NCBI GenBank assembly: GCA_028534125.1
Contig: CM052832.1
Span: forward strand, 10,108,001 to 10,172,000
Reading direction: 5' to 3'
From: Lama glama
Lineage: Eukaryota
DNA length: 64,000 nt
The notes beneath the pieces are model-generated. The model saw nothing but the letters and a program-made list of their open reading frames with translations. It was not told the origin of the DNA and searched no databases. Every line of letters starts with the position of its first letter. Positions within the stretch are counted from its first letter, which is position 1. Below are positions 27,235-40,539 of this stretch, in pieces. The translations under genes were made by a program, and so were the position numbers.

Positions 27235-27640
27235 GAGGCTGAACACTCAGAATGTGACCTTGATTGGAAAGGGGGGTCTTTGCAGATGTAATTACTGAAG
27301 ATCGTACTGCTTTGCGATGGGCCCTAACTCCAGTGACCAGTGTCGATATGAGAGGGCCATGTGAAGACACACAGGGAAGACGGCCATGTGATGACGGAGC
27401 CAGAGACTGGAGTGATGCAGCTATAAGCCAAGGAACACCAAGGATTGCCGGCAACCACCGGAAGCTAAGAGAGAGACATGAGACAGTTTTTTCTTGGAGT
27501 CTCCAGAAGAAACCAACCTTGCTGACACCTTGATTTCAGACTTCTGGCTTCCAAAACTAAGAGAGAGAGGAATTTCTATTGTTTTAGTAACTGTTTTGTG
27601 GTAATTTGTTAGTTACAGAAGCCTTGGTAAACTAATATAA
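27235..27640 (+). mobile_element. MLT1 LTR
   Basis: ctcagaatgtgaccttgattggaaaggggggtctttgcagatgtaatt ... gacaccttgatttcagacttctggcttcca. Confidence 0.8.
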
Positions 27641-30409
27641 ACTTTATCAAGCTTTCTTTCAATTCCCCAAACGTGAGCATGCCATCTGCTTCCTGTGGGG
27701 ACCCTGGCTGATACAGCATTCTAGCTCACCTCATTTCCCAGGGGCTTTCCATCAGTCTCAGTAAGCCCCAAATCCTCGCCTTGGCACCCAAGACCCTTCC
27801 GGTTCTCTAATTGCCTGGTTCCCACAGATGTGAAACCACTGTCTCAGCCAAGGTGGTCTCTTGACTCCTGATCCTGCTTTGCATTGGTCCTAGCTATCTT
27901 TTCTGGGCTCCTCCACCCAAATCCCATGCATCCTCAAGCCCAGCTCTACCCTTTCTCCTCCAGGAGGAAGCTTTCTGGACTCCCCAACCTGCGGAGATGG
28001 ACGTTATTCGCTCTTGGTGTCAACAGTCTCAGTCCGGCGTACACACCAGTGGTGGTCACGTACACACCACCAGTGGTCACAGAGTGTGCTGTGTGTGCTT
28101 CTCTCCAGTGAGACTGCAACCCCAGGAGATCAGGAATATTCTTCACGTCAGGTCCCACAGGGCGGTGCACATGGTAATGTGTACGAAGTTAGAGCCCAAA
28201 GTGTTTCTGGAATGGATGCTCCTGGTGTCCCACTAGGGGAAGAGGTGGGACCTCCTAGGCTCCAGGGAGAACCTGGGGTTCACTGCAGCCCCTCTGTGAC
28301 ATCATAGTAGGGACAGGGGCCCCGATGCCACATACCAAGGAGACTTCTGTGGACTCAAGAAGACACTTCAGCAGGTGGGAAAAGAGAAACTCCCCCCCTC
28401 CCCAGTTACATCTTTCCTCTCTTCCCCTCTCACTTTTCAGTTCCAGACTGTACAACAGAGTAAGTCTCACTGCCTGCCTCACTAGAGGTGTGTGTTGGGA
28501 GAGAGTCTGGGAGGTGGTGGGGTTTCTAATCCTCTAGCCTGAAGGCATCACGCTTCTCCTCCTTGTCCTCCACCCTCTTCTCCCTCCCCTGAAGTCTCCT
28601 CTGGCTCACTGCTATTCCCAGCCACCAGCTCTCTCCCCACCAGCTCTCAATTCCTCTCTCTTTTCAGAGAGAATGAAGAGATACCCTGTTGCTGAATCTG
28701 TCTCTAAGTTCCCCTTCCTAGTGGAAGAAAACTTTCCTCGGAAAGAGGCAAAGTGAGTATTGCATTGAGGTAGGGAAGAGCTGTCCTTGCATTAAAGAAA
28801 AAAAACTTTCTTCTGAGTCTCTTTTCAACTGATCTGAAATTTCCTCCTTTTAGGAAAGCCTGGCACCTCAAGGAGTTGAGATGGGAGGGAGAGGGCAGCC
28901 CGGGGGCTCTGTCCTCTCACTCAACAGAGAACAGGCTCTGCCTCTCTGTGCCCCACAACTCTGAGCCCTGCCTCTGTGGGTGCAGCCTGAGGACCAGGGC
29001 AGTGCTGCACCCCCGGCCCCCTCCAGTCTCCTGTCCAGCCTCTCAGGCGCTCCCCAACTTGTCATCAGGAAGGAAGCAGCTGTCTTCCCCAGTGACTGTC
29101 TCCTTCAAATCTCGAGTCTCCCAGAGTTCTCCAAAGCCCAAGGCCAAGGCCAAGTCCCAGCTACTCTCTTGGGACAGGTCAAGAGCTTCCTGCAATGCCA
29201 CGCCACTGCGCAGGCTGGTACCCATGGGCGTGTGGCCTCAGGGATTTCTTAACCCACTCTCCAAGTCCTTGCCAGAGAAACGAGCCTCTGTACACCTGTA
29301 TCCTACTGGGAGGAAGCCACTTCCCCAGTCAGGGAGCCATATCCCCAGTGATATCACTTGCAGAGAGTGACAAATCCCAGTCCTCTCTACCATTGTGGTT
29401 TAAATAAAAATATATTTAATCAATCATGGTCTTTCTCTTGTGTCTACTGAAAACATCTCTTCTAACTGAGAATATATTTTATCTTTTCATTCTACTCCCA
29501 AATGGGTTTTCTGGGATCCTGTGGCCATATGATTGAGGGTCTTGATGGTCTTTCAGTTATGGCTATCTGTAACCCTGTGTAAGGGGGACACAATGACCCT
29601 TGGATTTTTTTCTACAGTGTCCAGTTCCAGTGGGCCATGGATTCCGGTTCACCTGAGTTCAATTTCCATAAACCTGATGGGATTTTGTGGAATTGAATCT
29701 ATGGATCTGTTTGGTGAGAATTGAGGTCATTAAATTATGAGTCTTTACGTTTGTGAACAGGGTATATCTCTGTTTATTTAGGTCTTCAAATTCTCTCAAT
29801 AATGTCTTCTAGTTTCAGTGTAGAGGTCTTATACATTTTTCATTAGATTTGCTCCTCAGCTTTGGATGGTTTTTGCTGCTGCTATAAATTTTATTTATTT
29901 AGAAGGAATTTTTCTAAGTATTGGAGATGGTTAGTGTAGGAAGGGGAGCCTCCGTAATACCTACCCTTGACTTTTTTTTTTTAAAGAATAGCTTTATTGA
30001 GGTATAATTCACATACTATACAATTCACCCACTTAAAGGGCACACTTTGATGGCTTTTAGTATATTCATAGATACATGTGACCATTACAACTGACTATAA
30101 AACATTTTATCACCTCAAAAAGAAACCCCTCCTCTTTAGCTATTACCCACATATTGTATTGCATTTTATAATATTATTTTCTATTTTTTGTTGCTGGTAC
30201 AGGGAAATATAACTACCTAAGTGTATGGCTTGTATTCAGTGACTTGGCTAAGTACACAGATTGATTCTAGTCGTTTGTAGGTTCTTTGGATTTTCTATGT
30301 ACAACATGTCCTCTATGAATAATAGTGTTTTGACTTTCCCCTTTCCAGTCCTTAAGTCTTTTATTTCTTTTTCTTGTCTCATTGTCTCAGCTAGGACGTC
30401 TAATACATC

Positions 30410-30450
30410 GTGTTAAAGCACGCAGTCTACCACTGAGCTATACCCTCCCA
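30410..30450 (-). mobile_element. Vic-1-type SINE 5' fragment
   Basis: tctaccactgagctataccctccc, identical to the head of the 50841-50986 copy. Confidence 0.6.
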
Positions 30451-30702
30451 CTGCCCCCCAGTCCCTCTTGAGAACAGAGAAGAAACCAGATTCAGGATGA
30501 GCCTTCTAAATCCTCAGCAAGTTCTGAAATCAGGGAGATGGATGAGGAACTTGCAGTCTGAGGGACGAAGACTAGAACAAGGACCCCTTTGGAGCACTCC
30601 CCAATGCCTCCCACCCTCAGTTTGTATCAGGACTTCCAGAACATACCTTCTCCCTTCTGGAATGCTTTCCCTTTGCCACCAAATCCTCCCAATCCTCCAG
30701 AT

Positions 30703-30829
30703 CAAGGTTTCTCAACCTTGGCACCACTGGCATTTTGGAGCAGATAATTCCTTGCTGTGGGGCTGCCCTGTGTACTGGAGAACTTTAAGCAGCATCTCTG
30801 ACCTCTACCCACTACGTGCTAGGAGCAAC

Positions 30830-30862
<33 letters not shown>

Positions 30863-30926
30863 CGAATTGTGACAATTAAAAATATCTCCAGTCAATGCCA
30901 AATGACCCTTGTTGAGAAGCACTGCT
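30703..30926 (-). mobile_element. MER20 with internal (CA)n
   Basis: ggtttctcaaccttggcaccactggcattttgg ... gcagcatctctgacctctacccacta ... ttgagaagcactgc. Confidence 0.75.
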
Positions 30927-31552
30927 CCAGACAATCTTTCTAAAGCCCCCTTTTCATCAACCTCTCCCAGTTCAAATTCTCTGTCACTCAGCAGGCCTTC
31001 CCTGCCTCCCACAACTTACACTCATCCACCTTTTCTTAGAACTCTGAGCAGCCTGAACCAGAGCTGTCACCACACCAGGTGAGAGCAGTGCTCATCATTT
31101 ACGAAGCACTTACTCCATACTGTTGTACAGACTATCTGGTGGAATCCTCACAACTGCCCTGTGAGTAGATACATGTATGGTCCTCTCCATATTTTAGATA
31201 CTGGTGCCCAGAGAGATGAAGTCACTTGTCCAGGATCACACAACTCTTAAGTGGATCTGGGATTCAAATCCAGGGTGTCTGGCTCACACAATCATAAACC
31301 ACTCACTCTTTGCCATTGACTATTTCCTCATTTGTTTCCTATATGTTTTTCTGCCTCCAAACCCAACTGCAAAGGCTTTGAGGACAGGGACTAAAATACA
31401 TTCGTGGATTTTCCACAGGGCAGGAGGGCCAAATACAACTTTAGTGATTGATGTCCTGTCCATAGGGATTAGGCATTAGAATGTGTGAGTATGTGGATGT
31501 GGCTAAGAATTGGGGAGAAATTTTCAACTTGAAGCTTAAAGTATATATTCAC

Positions 31553-32395
31553 CCAGCAGGCACATGAAAAGATGCTCAACATTGCTAATCATTAGAGAAT
31601 TATAAATCAAAACTGCGATGAGATATCACCTCCCACCAGGCAGAATACAAATAATAAATGCTAGAGATGGTGTGGAGAAAAGAGAACCCTCCTTTACTGT
31701 TGGTGGGAATGTAAGTTGGTGCAGCCACTATGGAGAACAGTATGAAGGTTCCTTAACTAAAAACTGAGTTACCATATAATCCAGCAATTCCACTCCTGGG
31801 CATATATCCAGAAAAGATGAAAACTAATTTGAAAAGACACATGCACTATTTAAAATAGCCAAGATATGGAAGCAATCTAAATCCACCGACAGATGAATGG
31901 ATAAAGAAGGTGTGGTATACACACAGAGACACACAATGGAATACTACTCAGCCATGAAAAAGAATGAAATAATGCCATTTGCAGCAACATATATGGACCT
32001 AGAGATCATTATACTAAGTGAAGTCAGACAGAGAAAGACAAATATGATATCACTTATATGTGGAATCTTAAAAATGATACAAATGGAACGTATTTACAAA
32101 ACAGAAATAGACTCATAGACATAGACAACAAATTTACGGTAACCAAAGGGAAAAGAGGGGAGGGATAAATGAGGAGTTTGGAATTAGTGGATACACACTA
32201 TCATATATCAAATAGATAAACAAGGACCTGCTGTATAGCACAAGGAAATATACTTAATATTTTGTAATAACCTATAATGGAAAAAAATCTAAAAAAAATA
32301 TATGCACACACATATGACTGAATCACTTTGCTATACACATGAAACTAACACAATGTTGTAAATCAATTATACCACAAAAAAAAAATATATATATA
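31553..32395 (+). mobile_element. 5'-truncated LINE-1 (ORF2 C-terminus, 3'UTR, polyA) with TSD
   Basis: Typical L1 ORF2-end text (MEYYSAMKKNEIMPFAATYMDLEIIILSEV in ORF 31897..32118); TSD tatatattcac at 31542-31552 and 32396-32406. Confidence 0.9.
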
Positions 32396-34289
32396 TATAT
32401 ATTCACAAAATGCATTGAACATAGCTGCACATCTCAGTGAATTTTCACAAACCGAACACATTGTGTAACAAGATCAAGAATCAGAAAATCACCATCAGCC
32501 CAGGAGCCTCCCTCAGACTCCCTTCCAGATATTCTCTTTCAAAGTAACTGAAATCTTGCCTTCTAATAACCATGGAGTATGTATTCCTTTGTGTCTTTTT
32601 TTTTTTTTAATTTGGCCCAACATTGTGAGACTCACCCATGGTGATGTAGGTAGCAATAGTTCATTCTCACTCTTTTCTGTAGAGTATTCTGCTGCCTGAC
32701 TATGCCGCAGTTTGTTTACTGTTAATGGATATTTGATAGTTTCCTGTTTGGAGCTATTGTGAAGAGAGCTACTGAGAACAAAGTGTACCTGTCCTTTGGT
32801 GACCATAGTATGCATTTCTGTTGGGGCAATGCCTACCTACGGAACCGGAACCGCTGGGTCACAGGTATGCATTATGCTTCATGCTTTAGCTTTAGCAGAT
32901 ACTGAAGGTTTTCCAAAGTTTTTGTACTTGGATGCTTTTAAAGCATAATTGATTCCCAACTGCCTGCCTGCCCCCCATACTGGGGGCTGCTCTTCTGAAG
33001 AAATACAAGGAGAGGGGGTGGTACAGCCTTCCTGGAACCTTCCAGATGTCCACGCTTCTTTGTAAGAAAATAATGTCAGAGATGAAAGGAACCTTATAGA
33101 CCTCAAGTCTTTCATTATGCACAGAGAAAAACTGAGGCTTAGAGACAAGGGTTGACTGGTCCCAGATAGCATGGTTCTAGCCTGGTCTAGAAGTCAAGTT
33201 TCTGGATACTAGATCCCCATTTTGATATTTGAATAATTGAAGAGAGCTGATCCTCTGGAAGGTGATGGGGTGGAATTAGATGCTCGATTGGACCCACCAG
33301 GATTATATGTGAAGCATGAGTGTGGGGGGCAAGGTGGGACTGGGGAGTTCTCTTGCTCTCTGTATTTTCCTTGAGTCTGGGCTGAAGCCAAGGAAAACAC
33401 AAGCCTGGCTGCTCCTCCCATCAGGGGAAGTCAAAGTGAGGGGTTTTACAACTAGAGTCTGGAAACTCTTCCACCTCATAGCCTCGTCCCCTTCCCCCAA
33501 CCCTTCCCACCCCCAGCCCAGAAAAGACTGGGGTGGGAGGTAGGGCTCTGCTAACAGTAGGGACAGGGGTTCCAGAGTCTGGAAACAAGATGGGCTTCCC
33601 CCTCAAGGGGCTCACAATCTTCTGCAAAACCAGACAGACCTTGGGCATAGAGCAAAACCCCATTTATTACGTTCTGAAATTCCATCCACTAGGAACCTGG
33701 CGGGAGCCTCAAGCCAGCCTCCAGCGGAAACAGCTAAGCCCTGGAGACCACTAGCTGTAGTCTCGGTCCTTACCTGGTGCCCCAAACCCACCCCTATTCC
33801 TGCAGCCCTCAAACTTCCGCATCCTGGTCCCCGCAGTGCAGTCCACACCCCCAGCCTGAAAGTCACGTTCCATTTTCAAAGAAGTGGTTTAAGCCAACAG
33901 TCAGGAAGGAATAGAAGATGTCCCCCTACCTTGCCCTGACTTCTCTTATCTCACACCTCCTCCTCAAGGTCCAGAGGTTCCCACCAGGTAGATAAGACCT
34001 AAGAGGAGGATAAAAGAAGGGTTGCTTCTTTTTGCAAACTCTTTTGGCACCCCCCTTCCTTCCCCAACCATCTGCCTTCCCGCCCTGGCTCCCGCGCCGG
34101 GCTGGGGCGCCAACTAAATCTGATCAAAATGCAATTGCCAAGTCGTTAAGGTTTTTGAATTTAAAAAAAAAAAACTCCCAAGAAAGAAAGTATTTGATGG
34201 CTAATAATCTCATTTCAATATAATGGGACCTTCTTCTGCAGAGAGCAAGACAGGTTAAAAGATATAATTATGACTTTGCAAACTCTCTC

Positions 34290-37200
34290 CCAAGCGCGGG
34301 AGACGCGCTGACAGGTCTGTGCGCGGATGCGCCCGACTCTGCTCGCTCCAAGGGGAGACGCTTTGTCTGCAGGGCCCGTTAAAGAGACACGGTCCCTTTT
34401 CCCCCCTCGGCCTACATTACAATTTAACTGTCAGCCGCGTCTTCGCCCCAGGATTGGTGTCTGAGTCCCATGAGACGGTCAAGGGTAGGATGGAAGTAGG
34501 GGACCGGACTAGGGGGAGGAGGAAGGAGGAGGGCTAGGGGCTGACCTATCAAAGGCTGCCCCAAGAATCCGGAGCTGGGCTTTTAAACCCGCTCCCTAGG
34601 GGGTCTCTTAAAGGTCGCGTCTACACTGCAAGGTCTGGATGGAGCAATGATTGGGCGGGCGGTGGTGGTGGTGGTGAATTCAGGCAGTGCAGAATTATCT
34701 ATCGCCCGTCTCCAAAGTGGCTCTTTTTGAAGAACCCAGAAATAACGGTTTCCTTCCTGTTAGAATTGCTCTGTTTCAGCGGGCGAAAAGGAACCGAATT
34801 AGGAAGCCTGGAAGAGGTGGCGGTGGTGCTGTTCAAGTCTACTTTTTACCCCATACACTCTAAGCAAAATTCTCCCCCTACCTTTACTATAATGGGAGAA
34901 GAATAATCATATGAAGCCCAGATAGGAAACCCTCGAGGAAAAGAATTTTTTCGGCTTGACATCTCGCCCTTTCACAAAAGTGCGAGAAAAGAAATCTCTA
35001 ACGCGGTGTAAAAGTGTGTGCGGGGACGGGGAGATGGCAAGCAAGCGGCCCGGTACCGTTAGAGAGTACTGATTGCCATTCAGGTCGAGAGACCGGGGAA
35101 GCTCAAGGCCAGGAGCTGGAGAGGTATTTGAGCCGCGGCAACCAACGAGCTGCGCGGCGCAGCGGCGCGAAGGGACCCCTGGCGCGGACTTGGAACTGTG
35201 GCCGAGCGTTTGTGCGCGCCGAGTGCGCACGTGTGTGAACATCGCTCCGGGGAGAGCGCTCCGTTTGCAACCCAGTCAATAACTGGAGCCAGAAAGAGAA
35301 CGCAGGAACGCATTAAAGACTGACCGACAGAATCGCTTGTCCTGAGAAAACGAGCTGGGGCTAAAGGGGACCGGAAGCTCGTAGGGTCTCGGTCTTCGCT
35401 TCTCCCCGGAGCTTTACTTTAGGCATTTCCCGTCGATCTTCGCGCCGCCCAGCTTTGCGATGAAAGAATTCGGAGGAAGCGGGTGCGCCACCGCCCCTCC
35501 TTAACGCTCTGGGCCCCTCGAATGGTGGCCGCACGGGGTGAGGCTGAGGAGAACCCCTGGCCGCTCTGTCAGGCCCTGAGGCGCAGCCACCCGTTCTCTA
35601 GTTGGTGAGGCTGTGGAGCAGAGGTCCCAGGATTCCCTCCCATCCGGGGACTGTTCGCGACTCCTTGTTGCATATCAGCCACAGCGACTCCTTAGAGTCA
35701 TTCGCCCAACAGTAAAAGCGAGGTTGTCGCTGTCTTGCCTTGCGCGGACCGCACACCCTGCTGCGTATCCTTGAAGCGCGGTTTGGACTCGGGCAGGGTT
35801 ATCCTCACTCGCCCGATGGCTCCCCCTGGCGGCCCGGAGCGCATGTTTCCCCGGCCGCGAAGGACCTGGGGAGAACGCGGCCCAGAGAGAGAGAAGCGGT
35901 GCTCACCTGGTCGGTCCGAGCTGGGCACCCTACCTCAGCAAATGCTGCCCCTTTGGCTTCGTGGGGCCCAGTGTGGCCTTTCCCTGCGGTGGCGCCCTTT
36001 GCTTCTCCCGCCGCGCACTGCAGGATGGAGAGGGGCCGAATCTAAAAGCAGCCCCCTACCTTGCTCCACTCTCTAGGCAATAGTTTGCTAGGCGGGTTTC
36101 TGACACCCCTACCCATTTTTTTCTTGGTGTTTAATGATCCTAGTACTGACGCCTGGCGCGCGTCCGCCTCAGGCGAGCGTGGCTGACAGGAGCCGCGAGG
36201 GCGCGGGACTCGGCTGGGCCCCCACCGGGTGGCGGGTCCGGACGGGGGCCGGAGCCGAGAGCTCTGGGGGCGAGGCCAGTTCGGGGCACCGAAGACTGCG
36301 AGCCCGGGTCCTGGCCCGGTGTGGGGCGCCGGCGAAGGCGGGCGCGGGCCGTGCGCGCCGCCGGCGGGGTCAGGGGCGAAGGGGCAGTCGGAGGGCAGCG
36401 CGCGGGGAGCCGGCGCGGCGGCTCGTGTTACCCGGCCCGGCCCTCCCACCCGCAGCTCGGGCGCGGGGGCGCGGGCGGACTCGGGCCGTCCCCTGCTGTT
36501 TGCATTTCTCTGGCAGGCGGCGAGGCTTAGGTTGAAAGGAATCGCCTCCACTTGGAACGTTGTTTATTTTTCTTAACTAGCCAGCGCTGACAGACGACCC
36601 CGACAGCACGACGGCCGGACCGGCCGAGCCCTCGCTGGAAAGCGGGTCAGGACCGGGGGCGGCCCAGCGAAAGGGGCGCGGCAAGCCCCGCCCGGGGAAT
36701 GCGCCCGGGTCCCCTAGCGACCGGGCTGGGGGCAGGGTCTCGGTGGAGTAGAGAACTACTTTTCTTCCACGTAGGCAAACCTACTTTCTCTTGTCGCAGT
36801 TACCTTAGCTTTGACCTTGTGCGAGGCGGAGCGGCGAAGTGGTTAAGCTTTCCGGCTGCGATGATCCGCCGCCTTGGGTTTCAGTTCCGCTTCCTCCATT
36901 TTTTAGCTCTGTGACCTTGAGCAAGTTGTCTTTGTGACTCAAGTTTCCTCAGTTCTCAAATGGGTAGAACGTAGTGCTTAGCACTACTAAATGAGATCAT
37001 TCACATACACCTTTAGTGCAGGGCCTGGAATTTGCCAAGAGCTCAGGAGACGTTAGCCCCTCTGGTCGGGGCTGTGGGTGGTTATTGGTGCCCTGGCCTC
37101 GCGAGGGTGCGTGGGATGAGGGTGAGCGGGCTGAGGGCGGCCAGCGAATGTGCGGCCCACCGGGAGGAGGCTGGAGTTGGAGGCCCCCGATTCTCAAGCT

Positions 37201-38300
37201 CCGGGGAGAGGTGCGGAATGGGGAGAATTCTGAGCGTTTTGACATGAAATGGATAAAATGCAAATGACATTCAAAGCCAGATGCTAATGAGGATCTATCT
37301 TTTGAGCGTCCACAGCCCCGGCCGAGCCCAGAACAGTGCGGAGCTGGTGTGAACTCAGGGATGGGCAGGGTCCAGCAGCCCGAGGCTATTGGTGGAGGGG
37401 GGCCGGGGCGGGTAGTCGTGGTGGTGTGGTGTGTGGTGGTGGTGGTGTGTGTGTGTGCTTGTGTGTGAGTGTCGGCGCGCGCTTGCTCCGGAATGTGCGT
37501 AGCCGGCTCCGGGTGTGCTCGCGCCGTCATGAAAATGAGGTCAGGGAAGGTCGTTCCACTCTGCAGCATAAATCAAGGAGGAAAGGAGAATGGATGTGAG
37601 AGACAGTCCCTGGAGACCGCCCCGAGAGAGGCTGAGCGAGGGAAGCGGGAGGGGGAAAAAGTTCTGCGGAGAATAGGCGAGAAGCGGGCCCAGGCGCTCG
37701 CCCTCCCCGCGCTTCCCGCCCTGGCGGTTCCCTTCTCCGAGCAGCAGCGCCCCAGACTCAGGCGAGATCCCGCCTTTAACCCTCCATCCTCCTCCTCAGG
37801 CTCCCAACAGCTTTTCCCCCTGCTCCTCCTTCCCAGTACCGCAACTTGAATTGGCCTCATAACTCTGTGTGGATGGTGAAGCTCCTTACACCCAGCCTCT
37901 TTAGGAGCATGGCACTGCCCCCGCGCACACTCCAGTTGCACTCGTAATTGCACACTTGTTACTGTTGTGCACAACCGCCGGCGCTTGTGGGGGCGCCCTG
38001 AGGGGATCAGAATCTAACGTCCCGGAGCGGCGCTGTCCTCGTGCCACGCGACTCCGGCCTCGAGTCCTTTCTTCACGCAGTCCGCCTCCCGGGTCTCGCT
38101 GACACTCACTACCGCGGTCCTCCAGTCCCTCTTGCTCTTCGCTCTCCACCAGTCGCCAGAGGAGCGCGGTGCCCCAGGCCGGAGTTTCCCTGCGCGCTGA
38201 ACCGGGAATCTCCGGAGGCTCGAGCTGTCCTGGGCCCGAACCGAGGCACAAGTCCGGGGCGACCGGGCTCTCAGGGGAAGGGGGACCTGTGTGGGGCAGC
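34290..38300. promoter_or_regulatory. Large CpG island complex (~4 kb, orphan)
   Basis: Sustained CpG-dense, GC-rich sequence, densest at 36150-36730; ORFs here are low-complexity Arg/Gly/Pro/Ala with no recognisable domain. Confidence 0.85.
35819..35832 (-). promoter_or_regulatory. CTCF core motif within CpG island
   Basis: Minus strand ggCCGCCAGGGGGAGC, a common variant of the core. Confidence 0.55.
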
Positions 38301-39738
38301 TGGGGATAGGAGTGCAGGAGGGGCCTCTCTCCCCCCTTTTTCTTCAAGACTCCAGGCCCAGAGGGCCGGAATGGGGGCAGGGGACAGTGGAGAAGGACAG
38401 CCACCCCCTCGCTCCTCTGTGGTGCCGGGTGCTTTGCTGTCCACTGGCTCCATGGTACCTGCCTCGTCAAGAAGAGAGGAGGAAAGAGGATAGACGACTC
38501 CTAGGGTCTGTGCTTTGGGCAGGGATCAGATTTATTTCCCACCGTATTCTCTGTTAACAACAATGATGCCTAAAGCCTGTATAGTAGGCACAAACTAGGC
38601 ACATAATAATTACATGGAATTAAATTTACGAAGAGCCTTCACCATCATGATTCCTCCAGAGCCTCTACATTTTGTAGATTATTCATTAAGTCGTGCATGC
38701 ATTCAACAAATATTTAGTGAGCTCCTACTAAGTGACAGAGAAACAGAATGCCAGGAGCCTGGCCCTTGGAGCACTTACATTCTCCTGGGACAGAAAGGCA
38801 GTAAACATAAATTCAGATACACAGTATGATGTTGGGCTGGATAGCCCTTTGTGCAGTAAAGCAAAGATTAGGGTGGATTAGAGAGGACTTCTCTGGGAAG
38901 GAGCCAGAGACCTGAAGGAAGTAAGGGAATGAGCCATGCAGACTTCTGGAGGCACAGAGTCCAGGCAGAGGGACCAGCCAGTGCAGAGGTGGAGATGTGG
39001 GAAGTGCCTGGGGTGCAGCCTGACAGGGGGAGGAGAGGAAGAAAGTGAGGTAGAAGGTCAGACCTGGCTTTGTAGATCAAGGAGGGAAGTTTTGGGTTAT
39101 ACTAGGTGTGACCAGGAAGCCACCAGCGAATTAAAAAAAAAAAAAGACTGATACAACTTGTGTTTTATGAAATGATAAAGACAGGATTTAACTAATTTGT
39201 CCATGGTTTCCAGGTTTGTGAATTTCTTAACCCAGTTCTCCAGGTGTGTTTCAGACCAATGTGTCAAAGATGAATACTTAGTCAAGACTGCCCCAGATGG
39301 GGCCCAGGAGACGTCTTGAGCGGTACTCCGTTCCTCCCACCCATACTTTGAGGAAAGTGTCCAGATCGGGCCATTGGGTCGGGTCTCTAAATCTGCCAGC
39401 TCGGGAATCTGGGCTGTGGGATTCCTGAGGACTCCTGAACATTTGACTCCTGAACATAGCTTGAGGATCACTGATGCTTCCTCTTCCTGATCCCCCATCC
39501 CACCTGTTGCCTCTGCTCTGCCTATCCTGGGCCTTTTTCGGTCTGTGGAGACAGCGAGGACCACTCTGACGCAAGAAGGTAAGATCCAGTCTCTTCCTGA
39601 CGCTCCGATCCCGCTGCTCTGGCTGCGAAGTTCTTTTTCGCCCCTGGAGTGAGTCTGGCTGTGCGCACAGCAAGCACCGTGGTCCCGCACCGCCTCCCCG
39701 TGGCCAATGAGGATACTGCAGCCGGAGTCGGTACAGGA

Positions 39739-39770
39739 TGCAGAACCGTACCGGGGACCGCAGAGGGCGC
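39739..39770 (+). promoter_or_regulatory. CTCF motif with upstream module
   Basis: Core ACCGCAGAGGGCGC (39757-39770, 12/14) preceded by TGCAGAACC (39739-39747) at the spacing expected for the ZF9-11 upstream module. Confidence 0.55.
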
Positions 39771-40539
39771 AGGTGATGGCCTACCAGGTGCCAAGTGCTG
39801 TGCAAGGTGCTTCTCTTACTCTATTTAACCATCAGAGTAACTTCGAGAGAGAGAGAGCCGTCATTTCCCTCACTAAACAGACAAGGAAACTGAGGCCAAG
39901 GGAGGCAATGTACTTTGTCTAAGAACGTACAGCTAGTAAATGGTAGTGATTCAACTCCACACTATCTCTTGGTGCACACAAGGTGCCAGAAGAGACAAAT
40001 ATTGGCCTTCATTCTAGGAGGCTCTCCCTCCCTTTGGCCCTGAAGAATCATCTAGAAAATGGCTTTAGAAGGTGCACTGAGCTTCCATATCCATCTCTGG
40101 GAATGTTCCAAGGTCTTTTCCCCTTTCTCTGTCTGAGCTTGTTCCGGATGGGTCCGTGGTGTGCACGTTGAGACTGGTTCAGGCACAGCTGCAAAACTCT
40201 GTCCTGCCTATTGCACGACCTGGTGGTCAGGGGTCTCTGTCTCCTCTCTGAGATTCAGGCTGGTAGAGAACCTTTGTCCCTGACTCAGGAGAGCTCTTCA
40301 ACCTTAGGTGGCATGGCAGACGGGAAGGTAGGACCACACTGAGCCCACTCAGTGCTCCTTCCTTATATTTAGTCCCAAGGTCGGGAGACCCCTGCTTGTC
40401 ACTGGGGTTCCCTCTCTATCAGGTGCTGATACTGCTCAAGTTGGTTTTTGCACCGGCAGCCGTCAGGGTCGGGAGAGGACTCCCGCGCAGAGAGCCTTCC
40501 AGCTCCCGCGCCGCCCTGGGAGCCGTTCTCCATCCTCTG

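Noticed and set aside
35698..38557. Many 100-190 aa ORFs in the large CpG island
   Set aside because: Same GC artefact; no recognisable protein family or coherent exon structure.
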